A program made the translations under genes and the position numbers. The notes beneath the pieces are model-generated. The model had not been told where the DNA came from, made no database searches, and worked only from the letters and a program-made list of their open reading frames with translations. A stretch of DNA of 64,000 nt from Tubiluchus corallicola (Eukaryota > Animalia > Priapulida): contig JAQGDQ010000242.1 in the NCBI GenBank assembly GCA_030141605.1, positions 124,001-188,000 of the forward strand. The letters run 5' to 3'. This document shows positions 51,201 to 61,533 of the stretch, piece by piece; position 1 is the stretch's first letter; every line of letters begins with the position of its first letter.

Positions 51201-54200
51201 AACATTTACTAGTACCAAAACAGTAAGAAGTAAGAAATTCACTATAACTTTTTTTATTACGGTCATATTTTTCTTCACTATACCTCAAACGTAATAAAAT
51301 ACAAGGCTTTGCAACTAAAAATTTTCCACATCCGTAACTATAACCTTACTTTGCTTCCCATGTCATTGTAATGCTGTTTCAGATTATCAATGCGCTTGGT
51401 CATCTCAGCAGTATCCTCGACTTGCTCCTTCTCAACAATCTGTCGACCCGTCTTGATGACGTACTCCACCTCGGATTTAATTTCGCTGAGAGTTTTGTAG
51501 AATTTCTGCAACAACGTTTTCCGAAAACACAATTTACAAATGTAATTAAATGTAATCATCTGCTGAAAACAAATACAGCAAAAATAAACAAAAATGCATC
51601 TTTGTTTACGAAGACTGTACCTGGAGGGCAGATATGATGTAGAACATTTGCTTACACAGTTTCAAGCGCTGACGAAATATGAACCTAAACTCATTGCAAT
51701 AATAGTTTTCTATACCCGGTACAGTCATATCTCGGTTTGCTGGACAAAAACGGGGAGATGATCCGAATTTACCGATTGTACGTATCTACAAATACTAAGC
51801 TAGTACAGTAGATGCCGTGTATTAGACTCACGGTAATGTAGAATCAATTGCCTAATTGCTAATTGTCTCCTATCGGCTGCTCCTATGCAAAAGTATTTGA
51901 AAACTGTTGGCAAGTGACTCAAATAACTCCACATAAATAACAAACCGCTTGGTTACACTGACGAAATGTTGTAAATAAAGTGACAGCCCGCAAACTAGCA
52001 GTTATTTTGCGAAACAACGAACTATGTCCGTAGTATATGGGACTTTTTAACGGTCCAGATTTTGTCCAATTCTTTCGATATCCGCAAAAGCGAGGTCCAG
52101 CAAAACGAGATATGTGTGTACGTGTATTTACAAAACAAGACATAACTACAACGCATCAATTCTACAAAACTGCTTCGTCATACGTGTTAAAGTTACGTTA
52201 ATGTACTTTGTATCGGGGTCTTGTTTCCCGCTCTGCAGCTGGAATGCGTAGCAACCAAAAAAAACCTGTCATAGATGTTATCTGAGCTGTAAATTGGAAT
52301 TACCTTTAGCAATTAAAACTAACAATATGATCTGACTAAGCTTTATGGTACACATATTCTGAACAAACTGCATATCAAACTGCACAAATGATGATAATTT
52401 ATTACAGCAATTACGACTCACCAAACATTGTTCAAGTTGACCGTGGATAATATCGTAGTCTTCCGATCGGATCTCTAGCACATAAGCATTCGACTGAACG
52501 TCGTCCAGAATTTGGCATGCGTACTGGTACTTTGGTTCAAAGTCGGACGGCTTCTGGAACCTTTGGAATTTTACTTTCACTTCTGCATATTTTTTCTGAA
52601 AAGAAAGTATAAAAATTAGAATGCACAACTGTAAGAAATGTGTTAATGGTGACTATAATTTTACTTTATTTAACTCTACTATTGAAATAGTATATATTAT
52701 AGTGATTATATAAGTGTGTTTATTGTTCAAAAACTAAACAAGGCCATGTTGCGACATTCAAATGCGAAGTGATAACTACGTTACAGTATTTATAATAAAA
52801 AACCCTTAATTTTCAAGTAAGTCACACACTGTCAGTAAGGATGAACCGGTAAATTAATATCATTTGTCCCCTTTTTAATTGGGTAAATAAACATTAGTGT
52901 AAAATGCTCCAACAATTACTTTGCTATTGATTTGTGATAAGCAAAGCTTACGATCTACAATAAGAAAAAGGGATGACTTGACTTATCTATCTGCAGAAAC
53001 ATAGTCACTTGTCTACAGAAACATACTTTCAACAAGCTTAACTGTTCGTCGAGGCGCTTCGCTGCTTCCGCTTTGCCCTTCACTTTATATTCCTTGCTCA
53101 TCATTTCCATTTCCATGACAATTCTATCATGTTCTGCAAACTCTTGGGAAATTTGCTGTGAAAATAAAAGAACATTGTAACCAAACTATGACTATGTTAT
53201 CATAAAGAACAACAGGTCTAAAACAGTCAAAATGCAAAATTAACAAGAGAGCAACTATTTATTAGCAGCAAAACTTTTATAACAAGTCTTAATCACCTCT
53301 TGACGGCTAAACCGATAAACCTAGGAAATCTTACTTTATCTCACGTCTAAGAAATACGTAAATACGTAACAGAATCAAACCAAAGCAAGGGTCACTTAAC
53401 CAAATAACATTTCAATATAGATACAAGAAAAAACATCAAAATTCTTCTCTGAAGTGTTAGTGTTTATAAAATCGCCTACAGGGTCAAAGTACCTGGAATT
53501 CTTCCGGGATATCATTAGCCATTACTTCTGTATCCAGCCGTGACTGCAGGATGTTGTCCATTGACGACAACCAGTCCTGAACTTCTAGAATCTTCTGTTC
53601 ATTCTGCTGTGCTTCTTGTATGGCTGTCTCCATCATCTTCTCACGATCTTTTGCCTGTGTAAATATGCAATCAACAAATTTTAAATGCTTTTTGCTTAAA
53701 CGAACAAGTCTGTATTACTGCATTTTCTAAAGTTGTCCTCACTAAGAAATTGAGCTTATTCAAAATAATTAAGTGCATCAATTAAGACTTTTGCTGCTCA
53801 TCAGTTATTTAACGTGGTAAATTTAGCCTAAGTGCATGCAGAAGCAGCACAAATGAAGCAGCAGTTGTCATATGATAAGGATGTACACAATAAGCATGGT
53901 GTTGTTACACGATGTGTTGTAGGTCTTGGTTGGATCGTAAAATGCAGAGTCGTTGATTAACAGAAAAGATTTTGGACTCTCAGTCTTGAGAAAGAATGGT
54001 ATTTTGATGAACACTTTGAAGACAGAATAATTTGTTCACTAGTTCAAACCAAGTTACGTCAACAACAATGTCATAGTTCATTTTAAACCAAAACCCACAG
54101 GCAGCCCGACTTGCTTTTACACTGGCTCTTTTCTCTCTTCCCTACCTTTCAGTTTCTGAATGTCTGAACTGTTTTTTTTTTATTTCAAACATACCTGGAT

Positions 54201-57200
54201 AGAGCCAGAATTGATTATAAAAACCAGGCAAATGTACTCTAGGTCATGACGTTTCACAAAAGCTCAAGCCTAGCACAAGTTTGGCAGAAATAAGGAAATG
54301 ATTTAGGGACATATTATTTAAATACAAACAATACAAAGAAAAAAGTTTAAATACAAAAGTAAAACATACAAGACTGTCCAGGAAAATCAATAACCCTATA
54401 GGAACCATCAACAATGAACACAAAATATCAGAGAAAAAATGTTCTTTGGGCTAAATTGCAGCGTGCAATCAAAGCAACACTGTCGAATCTGTGGGCAGTT
54501 AGCCTTAATACTTACTGACCCAATCTTTGTTTTTAACAAAATAATATTCACTCATATTTTGTCTTTACATACTTAAAAAGCAATTACTGTTAGTATAATC
54601 AGATTTCAGTCTCAGCAACAATACATAAATATTGGTTAGAAGAATCAAAAGCAAAAAAGGTCACACTCTACCTCTCTGTGCAATTTCTCCCATTTTTCGT
54701 GAAAAGGAACCGTTTTCTTCTTCACCTCGTCCACGATCAGCTCATCGGTGATGAAGAAGTTGTGCAGGAGTTCAATACGCTTCTTGTTATCGACGGGATG
54801 ATTCCGTACGAGACACTCCAAGTCCTGAAGAACATAGAAAAGACATTTTCAAGCATCATCTCACGGTAATGAAGTAAACAGAAAGAGTAACAATAATTTT
54901 GACTAACAGCAGAATGCAGTCAGTTGTGCAATTATGAAGTACTAGAAAATCACATTCGGAAAATAAGAAAAATTGGGCGACAAAAGTTAGGTGAACAAGA
55001 TAATGATAGGCCTACATCAAGTTGAGCAGAGAGCTCTTCAGCATCGGCTGCAGGTTTGGTCTTCAACTTCTTCTCCAGCTTGTCCAGGTAATAACTTTCC
55101 TGAGCAATTAACACTAGAAAGACACAAAATGAATGTTGAATGACCTACATGCATTTTACTTACACCTGTAAAATATGTGTTAATCATATACACAATGATT
55201 ACAACATTTAAAGGCGAACCGGACCCACAGTTGAACTATAGCTATACACAATATACTCTATAAAATATTGAAAGGGAATATACACTACTTTTTCAAGAAT
55301 GACCCACGTAAAATAATTATTACCACAGAAACGTAACTTGGCGTTCGAGCGGCTGTTTCTTGCTGTTACATGCATTTCGCAATTCACTAGTTAGACAGGC
55401 ACTAGCACCCACATTTCAGAAACGCGTTACACAAAAAACAGATGCTCTTCCTTTCACTTCAGAGGTGTTCACTTGTGACATAGTGCACACATTCGAAAGC
55501 TCATTTGTGAGCATAATGGTAAACTCGAAATTTGAATTTTAGACTTAAACTATACAGAGTTTTTGTACATCGCAGTGAATGATGCACAGTAGCATTGTAG
55601 TTCGATTTCCGCTTTTGCAAACACATGCAACATGCTCATAGCATGTTTGTTCTGCTGAAAATTGTGTACATTGGTGATGTCAACCACTAATTGAGCTCAT
55701 CCGATAAGTAAGTTTTTAGCCTATTATTTAATTATCAGAAACACTTTGGCATTATTATAAGTGTAAAAATGTATACTTTTTTCTATACATTAAAATAAGG
55801 TAAAATATGAAAAATCATCCTGTTTTCCTTTAAAAAGAGAGACTGCAGCATCTCAAAAACTTTTTACGGCTAATAATTGATTAATAAGTCCGTTTACAAC
55901 CTCTCAGTGGATCCTAAAGTATGATTGAAAAGCTGGTGGAAGTAGTGAATTATGATATTGATACATGAAATGAAGACAATACATGTCATTTATTTCTTTC
56001 ACTTTAACAGTTTTAACAGACAAGTAAATTATAGTCTGTTAAATTATTTACTTGTCTGTTAAAACTCTTACAGTGAAAGAAATATATGACTTGTATTGTC
56101 TACATTTCATGTATCCATATCATAATTCACTACTTCCACCAGCTTTTCAGTCATACTTTAGTTAAGTTTCAAATCAACATGATCATTGCACAAGATATTC
56201 AGTCGGAAACCATGTACTCCCTCTTCCAAAAACAAATATAATGAAACAGTCATCAAAATATAATGCTATTAAAATATGGTCATCAATTCCACGTGAAATG
56301 AAAACTCTTAGTCTTTATCAATTTAAAAAAGCATCAAAGAATTACTTACTACAACAGTATAATTAACTCACAATTTTACTCATCCTGATCTTAAGTTAAT
56401 AACAAAACTTATTTTGTTCTAATGTACATTATAACTGATGAAAATACTATGTAATGTTAATTGTCAATTGTTCCACTTATATGGAGGAGGACCCGAAAGC
56501 TTAATGCTCTTCCTCCTCCTCACAGTAACTCGTTTAGTTTATAATTTTTTTCAATGTAATAACAATTTGTAATAAGCAATAAGCCTGTTACAATCTCTCA
56601 GTGGAACGTCTACCTTGAATGCAATGGAATAAGCTATTGAAAGTCAGAAGTCCCAAAGTATGACTAAAAAACATTTTCTAGAACTATCTCACAACAAACA
56701 AGCACCAAGTGTCAGACAGCAACCAGAGACTAAAAACAGCTCAGCACAAAAACATTACAACACAATTTGTACAAAAACATATCAAGGCCAAGAACAAAAC
56801 TGACGTATTTTGACAACAAGATTTAGACGTACGCTGGATTTCTTTCCAATGTTTCAAGGCTTCGGAAAACAGTGAAGCCCGAACCGCTGCTGTTTCTTTA
56901 ACTTCTTCCCAGGCTTCCTTGAGCTCCTGCAGCCTTTCTGCTAGCGAGGGATCTTTCCTTTCCAGAACGCGTTTCACTTCGGGCGATTTCTTGTCAATAT
57001 CACCTTTCAGTATCTGCCATCAAAAAAGATGTTAATGTAATCTCTCAGTATTAAAATAAAGTACCTTGGCTTTGTTTGCAACCATTGTAATAAGAATCTT
57101 CTGTGGATATACACTTGAAAACAAAATAGGGTTGTGAGGAGAAAAATCTTGAATGCAGCTGTTACAGAATTATTGATTTTTTGTCTACAAGCTTGTAGAT

Positions 57201-60200
57201 TTCAGTTTTGTATTCAAGCTTTTTTTCTGTGAAAATGTGACAAAGCATACGTCCTTGTTTGTGCTAACTGGGCAGGCATGAAGCATCACAGCTAAAGAAA
57301 TTATTCATCTAGTTTTTGTGTGCTGCGTTGGTTTGGTGATCCGTAGTGGCTGATATAAAAAAAGGAGGCGGTGAGGCACGGAGTAGAACTCACTCAGAGG
57401 CAGCCAGAAGAGACACCTGAGTTGCCTGTGTGATTTGGCATCATTATTGTACTTCGTGTTTGACTAGGAAACAAATTGTGTTCTTTACCTAAATGTTTGG
57501 AATAAATGAAAACTGTTCTTGTTAAGACTGTAGTTAAAGCTGTTTCTGTTAACTTTACACTATAGGATTAAGTCAAAGCTAAAATACGCACGACTCCAAC
57601 AACACAGTAATGCATTATTCACTGCGGATAATAAAATTACCACATTGATCCATTACGAATCAACGTTATTACAAATAACTAAGATGAGGACTGCTCTAAA
57701 ATACATACCCTTTGTTCCCTGTCTCTTTTCTCTAACTCGTATATTGTATTTGCCACGTAAGGATCCCTCAGCTCATCTCTGGTCTTGATCACCCACTTCT
57801 GGAGCTCCTCAACTTTCTCTAAATCCTTCTTGTTCTTCCTTGCAGCTTCAAATAATTTGGTCTTTTTCTTCGCCAACAAATCATTAAGTTTGGTCCAGCG
57901 ATCATTGACACCGTTGACCTTTTTTTGGAGATCGGATCCGAATTCGGGCTCGACGTCTTTTTGTAGTTCGTCGTTGGTGGAGCTTATGTTTTCTAAGTTG
58001 TTTTTGACCAGTTTCACATCTTCTTCAATTGACTACAAACAAAACGGTAATTACATTTATTAAAGAAGCATTTTCATGGTACAAAGGGGTACAAAGGTCT
58101 TATGTAAAAAAATAAGATTAAGGAACTATTGTCATTTGTGAGACAGTTAGTAATTGATATTAACAACTTGTTTACAAATATAGAACTCCATCTCAGACTG
58201 TAGCTCAAAACAATCTACCCTATAATATATTGAAAGGGAACATACTGTTTTTTCAAAAATAATTTATGTGAGATAATAATAATTACTACTACAAAAAGGT
58301 AACTTTGCATTTGCAGCTGTTATATGCATCTTGCCATTCGCTAGTTAGATGGGCCATACTGCCTGCATCTCAGAAACGCGCTGCACATAAAGCAGGCACA
58401 GTACCTCTCACTTCAGAAGCATTCTGTTATTTCACAGTTTGACAGCTCCTGCATCATCAAAGCAGCCAACTTGAAATTTGAATTATAAACCTAAGATTTA
58501 CTGAGTTTTTGTATATTACAGTGAATGTTATAGAGTAGCATTGTACTTCAGTTTTCTCTTTTGCAAACATGTGCAATGTGCTGGTGGAGTGTTGGTACTA
58601 TTGAAAATTCTGTTCAGTTGTGAGGTCATTGCTAATTGGGCTAATCTGACAGAAACACGTTAGCATTATTACAGATCTTAACATGTATATTTTTACCGTC
58701 CTTCAAAATAGGGTAGGATATGAAAAATCACCCTGCTTTCCTTTAACACGTGCCCCTGAGTTAGCTTATGACTTACACTGTGTTCTAGTATTCAATTATT
58801 CAATTGTTTTAAAATTGATTATTACAAAAAAATTCAATTATTTTATCTAGCAAAATGTTTTGCAATGAAATCAGCCTTGTTTTCACTTCTAAATGCTTCT
58901 GAATTATACATCACAATCTCAGACTGATGCGCTGTGGTAGGTCTACTCTATAAAAACTCTAGTTATAATTTATGGGATTTTTATAAATTTGATCCATTTC
59001 TGCTACACACTCACAACATACATATTCCAGAGATAAAATTCGACAGCTTGTCTAATAGCCGAAGCTCTCCACTTACATTGCTTTGCTCAATCTGTGCTTC
59101 GATGGCACCTATGTCGTCCGGAATACTTGAATTCAAGAAAATCTCTACATTGTCCAGCCAGCTCGTCAAGCTTCTCATCTCTGCCTGCAAACATTAAGAA
59201 ATAAATTGGACCAACTGTTGAACCATCTTTGTTGTGGACTCCACTCTAAGGTTGTGCGCTCGGTCAAGTCGAAATAGAAATAGTCAAGTCGAACTGAACT
59301 GAATTAGATTACGATAAAAATTCAGTTACAAACGAAGGAGATCATTTTGGACATCATGAAAAGTGATCACAAATGTGAATTAATTCTGTTTTTTTGTAGA
59401 AAAACAAATTACTTGGATACTAAAAGCAAAACTAGGGTATATGTAAAAGCAGTCATCGACTTAGGACCTATGCGACTTACGACCCAAATGCAATTTAATT
59501 AATTAATTGTACAAGACCACCTACAATTTAATAAATCTTTTTATTTTTTTAAACAAATAAACTTTAAATTGCTCACTGTTTTGATAAATTAATCATACGC
59601 GCCACCATATTTAGTACGCACACACAACGCCTTCCATATAATGGCGCATTGCTTGAATATACAGATGCAACTGCGTTCAATTTGTCTTACAACCAATCTG
59701 CCCATCCCAATTGTGGTAGTAAGTCGACGACTACCACTATATTGCTTCAAATTGACAAATTTTAAATTAACAAATTATTTCAAGTCGCAGGTTCAAGCAT
59801 CCATTAACTAATAATAATATCAAGTACTCGACCAATGAACAAAAACAAATGTTCCTGTCATACCAGCAACGTATTTAGCTGCAGCAATCCAGTCTCCAGT
59901 TTCTTCTGCCTAGCCGATGCCAACAGACACACCTCCGTCCACCTGTGATTCAGACTTTGCAAGTCAGAATCCATCTGATCAGCTTTTTCCTTATTTGGGC
60001 ATTGGTCAATGAATATTCTCCCATTGTCATTTACATAGTCCAAGTTTGGCTCCTGCTGTTCGATGGTGCTGTGAATTTGCTAGAAAAAACAATGTACGAG
60101 ACTAAATAGGTGGCAAATTGCGGCATTGTTAAACTGCTTTTCATTGATATTACAAAAGTCGACAGCTTCTATAAACATCAAAGATCAATAACAGTAAAGA

Positions 60201-61294
60201 CCAAAAATCAAACATGTGTATTATTTCACACAGCAATCAAACAGCAGCAGGCCATTAAATTGATATAACAAATTAAAAAAGTTTTTCAGAAAAATTGAAA
60301 TTTCTCTAAAATCCTTGCAAATGATATAAATGTTGTAAAAATCTATTTTAACGAGGTCAGTGGTAGCCAAATAATTTTACCCTAGATATAAATAAGTAAC
60401 CCCGATGCGAAAAAATTAACAACAGTACAGGCACTAGGCAACATATCATCACACTGCTTTTATTGATAATTTATGCACAATGTTTAGACACTTTTAGTAC
60501 AACAGACAAACGATTTACGCACAATGTATAGATATTTTTAGTACAACAGACTAATAATTTATGCACAATGTTCAGATATTTTTAATACAATAATAAACAA
60601 ACCATCTACCACATTCTGCCAGTGCATACATAGAGCTATTTTCAGATAAAGAATGACCTGCCAAATTAACAAAATATAAAGTAATGTTTTATTTTGGTTC
60701 ACCTGGTACTTTTCAACTTTATCCTCCATTTCGTCAACTTCGGTAATAGCAGCATCCTCAGCCAGTAAAATGGCTTCGACGCTGGAAACAAACTTAACCA
60801 AAGACTCCATGTATTCTAGGTACTGGGTTGGTGGCACTTCTGCGAGCGTTTTTTCCAACACAACCATTCTGTCATCTAAAAAAGATGCTTGGAATTAAAT
60901 AATTAAGAAGAATGGAAGACACCTTTTCTCGTCACTGCTAATATATAACCTCCCGAATAACCCGTGAGCCTCTGAATTTTGATTATGATAAAATTTCAAT
61001 ATTAAACGGTAATAAAAAACACACTCTGCAACAATTGTTAACCTTCTCATGTTGATTAAGGAAAATATGATTACTCTTTAACCCAAGAGATGAAACACAA
61101 TCAGTTTAACAAAAAAGATGAAGAAAAGATGTCAACTCACCAACTTTGCTGTAGACTTCTTGCCACCGTCTGTTAAACAATTCCACGTCCTCCGGAGCCG
61201 AAGTCGGGAAAAGAGCTACGTCTTGCACACTTTTTGCTTGAGCTCTCAAACTTTCTATCTTAGGAGCTTCTTCGTCCATTTCCTCTTGGTACCT
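23233..61294 (-). CDS. DMD: Dystrophin/utrophin-family gene, internal rod-domain portion (32 exons; 5' and 3' ends outside this span)
   Basis: Spectrin-repeat exons with diagnostic dystrophin peptides: KFQRFQKPSDFE, KFYKTLSEIKSEVEYVIKTGRQIV, NTVATLNATGTEII, LQSPELTGRKFEDFSKHEDIL, EWLNLLEQMLITQKVSVG. All splice phases join into one 5266-nt frame. Confidence 0.95.
24091..24551. mobile_element. Tc1/mariner (pogo/Tc2-type) MITE
   Basis: TA TSD, 23-bp TIR CCG(A/T)ATATACTCGCATATAAGCC, and subterminal cgcatataagccgacc repeats. Confidence 0.88.
27103..27195 (-). CDS. Candidate alternative dystrophin exon (TPRMTSLLELPPRCQITDDLREIKAELICLQ)
   Basis: catttacag / gttcgt, 93 nt, phase 0-0, inside a phase-0 intron. 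Confidence 0.45.
27896..28080. repeat. 47-48-bp A-rich tandem repeat, 4 copies
   Basis: Unit aaaacaatggtaataaaagtaacaacaaacaaaaaatgggacagtgc. Confidence 0.9.
28233..28496 (-). CDS. DMD: Dystrophin exon (about human exon 51; TDSPSHK...AIKRQQ)
   Basis: cctag / gtaagc, 264 nt. Confidence 0.87.
29012..29037 (-). CDS. DMD: Dystrophin 26-nt microexon (AEIIHVEVE)
   Basis: tcttatttctaag acceptor, gtgcac donor. Phase 1 to 0, which exactly bridges the otherwise incompatible flanking exons. Confidence 0.65.
29493..29712 (-). CDS. DMD: Dystrophin exon (about human exons 49+50; TMKEALKARQ...)
   Basis: tttag / gtaaga, phase 0 to 1. Confidence 0.85.
30619..30810 (-). CDS. DMD: Dystrophin exon (about human exon 48; VSIQMPKKRKQLEEKL...)
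   Basis: cctag / gtgagt, 192 nt. Confidence 0.88.
30856..32045 (-). mobile_element. Non-autonomous Helitron carrying a 3 x 207-bp tandem repeat
   Basis: On the minus strand: A|TC 5' end, CTAG|T 3' end, hairpin CGCAAAA-ttt-TTTTGCG about 9 nt before the CTAG, no TSD, and (TA)n near the 5' end. Confidence 0.85.
31054..31668. repeat. 207-bp tandem repeat, 3 copies
   Basis: Units start at 31054, 31261 and 31468 and are nearly identical. Confidence 0.95.
32775..32926 (+). mobile_element. Helentron/HINE-like 3' fragment
   Basis: aaaatcggtca...(acaa/acag)n microsatellite followed by gatgaaaacataa..cc.ttg...gaaggtaa. Confidence 0.5.
33134..33283 (-). CDS. DMD: Dystrophin exon (about human exon 47; DKDESLPEQKERF...)
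   Basis: ttcag / gtaagt, 150 nt. Confidence 0.88.
34433..34762. repeat. 88-89-bp tandem repeat, about 3.7 copies
   Basis: Units start caaagactacctgcagatggc at 34433, 34521, 34609 and 34698. Confidence 0.92.
34803..34901 (+). repeat. Short element with a degenerate (TTAGGG)n tract; inverted copy at 51063-51140
   Basis: ggctaaa..ttacaattcc.cacaca.gaaattagtt followed by telomere-like hexamers at both loci. Confidence 0.75.
35059..35209 (-). CDS. DMD: Dystrophin exon (about human exon 46; ...ELNDLVFWLDETE...)
   Basis: ctgcag / gtatgt, phase 2 to 0. Confidence 0.9.
36150..36376. repeat. Compound purine-pyrimidine microsatellite (TA/TG/TGCG/TGCA)
   Basis: Directly visible; ends about 35 nt from the donor of the 176-nt exon. 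Confidence 0.95.
36409..36584 (-). CDS. DMD: Dystrophin exon (about human exon 45; ELELGV...LNATGTEII...)
   Basis: ccag / gtaagt, 176 nt, phase 0 to 2. Confidence 0.93.
37929..38079 (-). CDS. DMD: Dystrophin exon (about human exon 44; ...WREFHLDVSSLNEWL...)
   Basis: cacag / gtactt, phase 2 to 0. Confidence 0.9.
38856..39028 (-). CDS. DMD: Dystrophin exon (about human exon 43; AIKEALDNIQP...)
   Basis: tgtag / gtgagt, 173 nt, phase 0 to 2. Confidence 0.9.
41870..42310. mobile_element. Fold-back element with inverted tRNA-like arms (partial second copy at about 37310-37400)
   Basis: ctagattataactgtaaatg / catttacagtcataatctag, with B-box-like gttcaaa.cccga in both arms and A-box-like tagctaagctggcagagc in the right arm. 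Confidence 0.65.
42849..42956 (-). CDS. DMD: Dystrophin exon (about the 3' part of human exon 42; ...LQSPELTGRKFEDFSKHEDILM)
   Basis: tgtag / gtatgt, 108 nt. Confidence 0.9.
43608..43782 (-). CDS. DMD: Dystrophin exon (QYKRPEDK...AEFIFQ)
   Basis: tttag / gtaaat, phase 2 to 0. Confidence 0.83.
44641..44795 (-). CDS. DMD: Dystrophin exon (ALQEEFETKQTEIDDLN...)
   Basis: taag / gtgatg, phase 0 to 2. Confidence 0.85.
45114..45248 (-). CDS. DMD: Dystrophin exon (about human exon 40; ...VPQWHQYQRQSEDLDKWL...)
   Basis: ttgcag / gtttgt, 135 nt. Confidence 0.88.
46583..46753 (-). CDS. DMD: Dystrophin exon (TRDAQIEEVEP...QWVTIRTEFE)
   Basis: tgtag / gtgcaa, 171 nt. Confidence 0.83.
47142..47351 (-). 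CDS. DMD: Dystrophin exon (ERQLLKPEV...EKQIS)
   Basis: tatag / gtaaca, 210 nt. Confidence 0.83.
47602..48295. mobile_element. hAT-type MITE
   Basis: TAGAG...CTCTA termini, 8-bp TSD CTTATAAG, and cagctga/ctcagc subterminal repeats. Confidence 0.75.
48444..48602 (-). CDS. DMD: Dystrophin exon (about human exon 37; ...KVDHLRD...VEPELIDLNRRW...)
   Basis: ttctag / gtgaat, 159 nt. Confidence 0.9.
48762..49137. mobile_element. PIF/Harbinger-like MITE
   Basis: TIRs ggtcatccacatataac / gttatatatggatggcc, with an internal direct repeat gcgtt.taatggcgttatca. Confidence 0.6.
49201..49356 (-). CDS. DMD: Dystrophin exon (EMHKQVELL...YQKYK)
   Basis: ttcag / gtgagt, 156 nt. Confidence 0.87.
49555..49802 (+). 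mobile_element. tRNA-derived SINE-like element
   Basis: A-box-like tgcccaagtg and B-box ggttcgaat, then a GC-richer body (aaaggtggccg...gtgtgcctaagac). Confidence 0.5.
50005..50187 (-). CDS. DMD: Dystrophin exon (GVEDELPKQ...IDKLQ)
   Basis: catag / gtacgg, 183 nt. Confidence 0.88.
50631..50795 (-). CDS. DMD: Dystrophin exon (about human exon 34; VTESKNSIEKALK...IAWAK)
   Basis: gcag / gtagag, 165 nt. Confidence 0.92.
51350..51505 (-). CDS. DMD: Dystrophin exon (about human exon 33; KFYKTLSEIKSEVEYVIKTGRQIV...)
   Basis: ttgcag / gtaagg, 156 nt; highly conserved peptide. Confidence 0.94.
51722..52118. mobile_element. Tc1/mariner (Tigger-like) MITE
   Basis: TA TSD and TIRs cagtcatatctcggtttgctggac / gtccagcaaaacgagatatgtgtg. 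Confidence 0.8.
52422..52595 (-). CDS. DMD: Dystrophin exon (about human exon 32; KKYAEVKVKFQRFQKPSDFE...)
   Basis: ttcag / gtgagt, 174 nt. Confidence 0.92.
53027..53155 (-). CDS. DMD: Dystrophin exon (about human exon 31; QISQEFAEH...QLSLLK)
   Basis: cacag / gtatgt, 129 nt. Confidence 0.87.
53493..53654 (-). CDS. DMD: Dystrophin exon (about human exon 30; AKDREKMMETAIQEAQ...PEEFQ)
   Basis: acag / gtactt, 162 nt. Confidence 0.88.
54672..54824 (-). CDS. DMD: Dystrophin exon (about human exon 29; DLECLVRNHP...WEKLHRE)
   Basis: ttcag / gtagag, 153 nt. Confidence 0.88.
55016..55113 (-). CDS. DMD: Dystrophin exon (LIAQESYYLDKLEKKLK...SAQLD)
   Basis: ttctag / gtaggc, phase 1 to 0; resembles the end of human exon 28. 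Confidence 0.85.
55212..55829. mobile_element. MITE family A copy
   Basis: ttaa|aggcgaacc ... tgttttcct|ttaa, colinear with 14617-15192. Confidence 0.8.
55912..56577 (+). mobile_element. 5'-truncated LINE (L2/Crack/CR1-group ORF2 C-terminus and 3' UTR) with an inverted duplication at its 5' end
   Basis: 56048-56366 translates to ...KEIYDLYCLHFMYPYHNSLLPPAFQSYF..NQHDHCTR...LPLPKTN...KIWSSIPREMK...FKKASKNYLLQQY* with one internal stop. Flanked by a ~28-bp direct repeat. Confidence 0.8.
56833..57013 (-). CDS. DMD: Dystrophin exon (ILKGDIDKKSPEV...WKEIQ)
   Basis: gcag / gtacgt, phase 0 to 1. Confidence 0.85.
57160..57604 (+). mobile_element. Probable solo LTR
   Basis: TGTT...AACA termini, TATA-like box near 57354, AATAAA at 57501, and flanks cagc/cagt as an imperfect 4-bp TSD. 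Confidence 0.45.
57709..58032 (-). CDS. DMD: Dystrophin exon (SIEEDVKLV...DREQR)
   Basis: tgtag / gtatgt, 324 nt. Confidence 0.88.
58180..58742. mobile_element. MITE family A copy
   Basis: Colinear with 55212-55829; right end ctttcct|ttaa. Confidence 0.75.
59077..59184 (-). CDS. DMD: Dystrophin exon (about human exon 24; AEMRSLTSWLDNVEIFL...)
   Basis: ttgcag / gtaagt, 108 nt; absent from the ORF track. Confidence 0.88.
59450..59737. mobile_element. Tigger-like MITE (related copy at about 26426-26712)
   Basis: agtcatcgacttaggacc ... gtagtaagtcgacgactacc; the motif cgacttacgacc is shared between the copies. Confidence 0.55.
59864..60079 (-). CDS. DMD: Dystrophin exon (about human exon 23; QIHSTIEQQEP...LNTLL)
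   Basis: ctag / gtatga, 216 nt, LNHRWTEV spectrin helix. Confidence 0.88.
60703..60875 (-). CDS. DMD: Dystrophin exon (DRMVVLEK...VEKYQ)
   Basis: tttag / gtgaac, phase 1 to 0. Confidence 0.85.
61141..61294 (-). CDS. DMD: Dystrophin exon (RYQEEMDEEAPK...WQEVYSKV)
   Basis: ctgcag acceptor, gtgagt donor, phase 0 to 1. Confidence 0.85.
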
Positions 61295-61533
61295 CTGCAG
61301 GCCAGAAATATTCAATTTTTAGAAATGCCGAGAAATGAAAAAAACTGACGGAAACATCTTGCAATGCATGTTCAGCAACATCGTTAACAAATTTGTCTTT
61401 TATGCAGTAAATTTGAAAATCAGAAATGCTAATTGGTCCAAAAATCAAATGTTTCTGGCCAACAGGTGTCAGTGACAACTGTTATAAATCCGTCCAATCA
61501 GAAGTCAAGATGCTATGCTGACATGCATTACAC

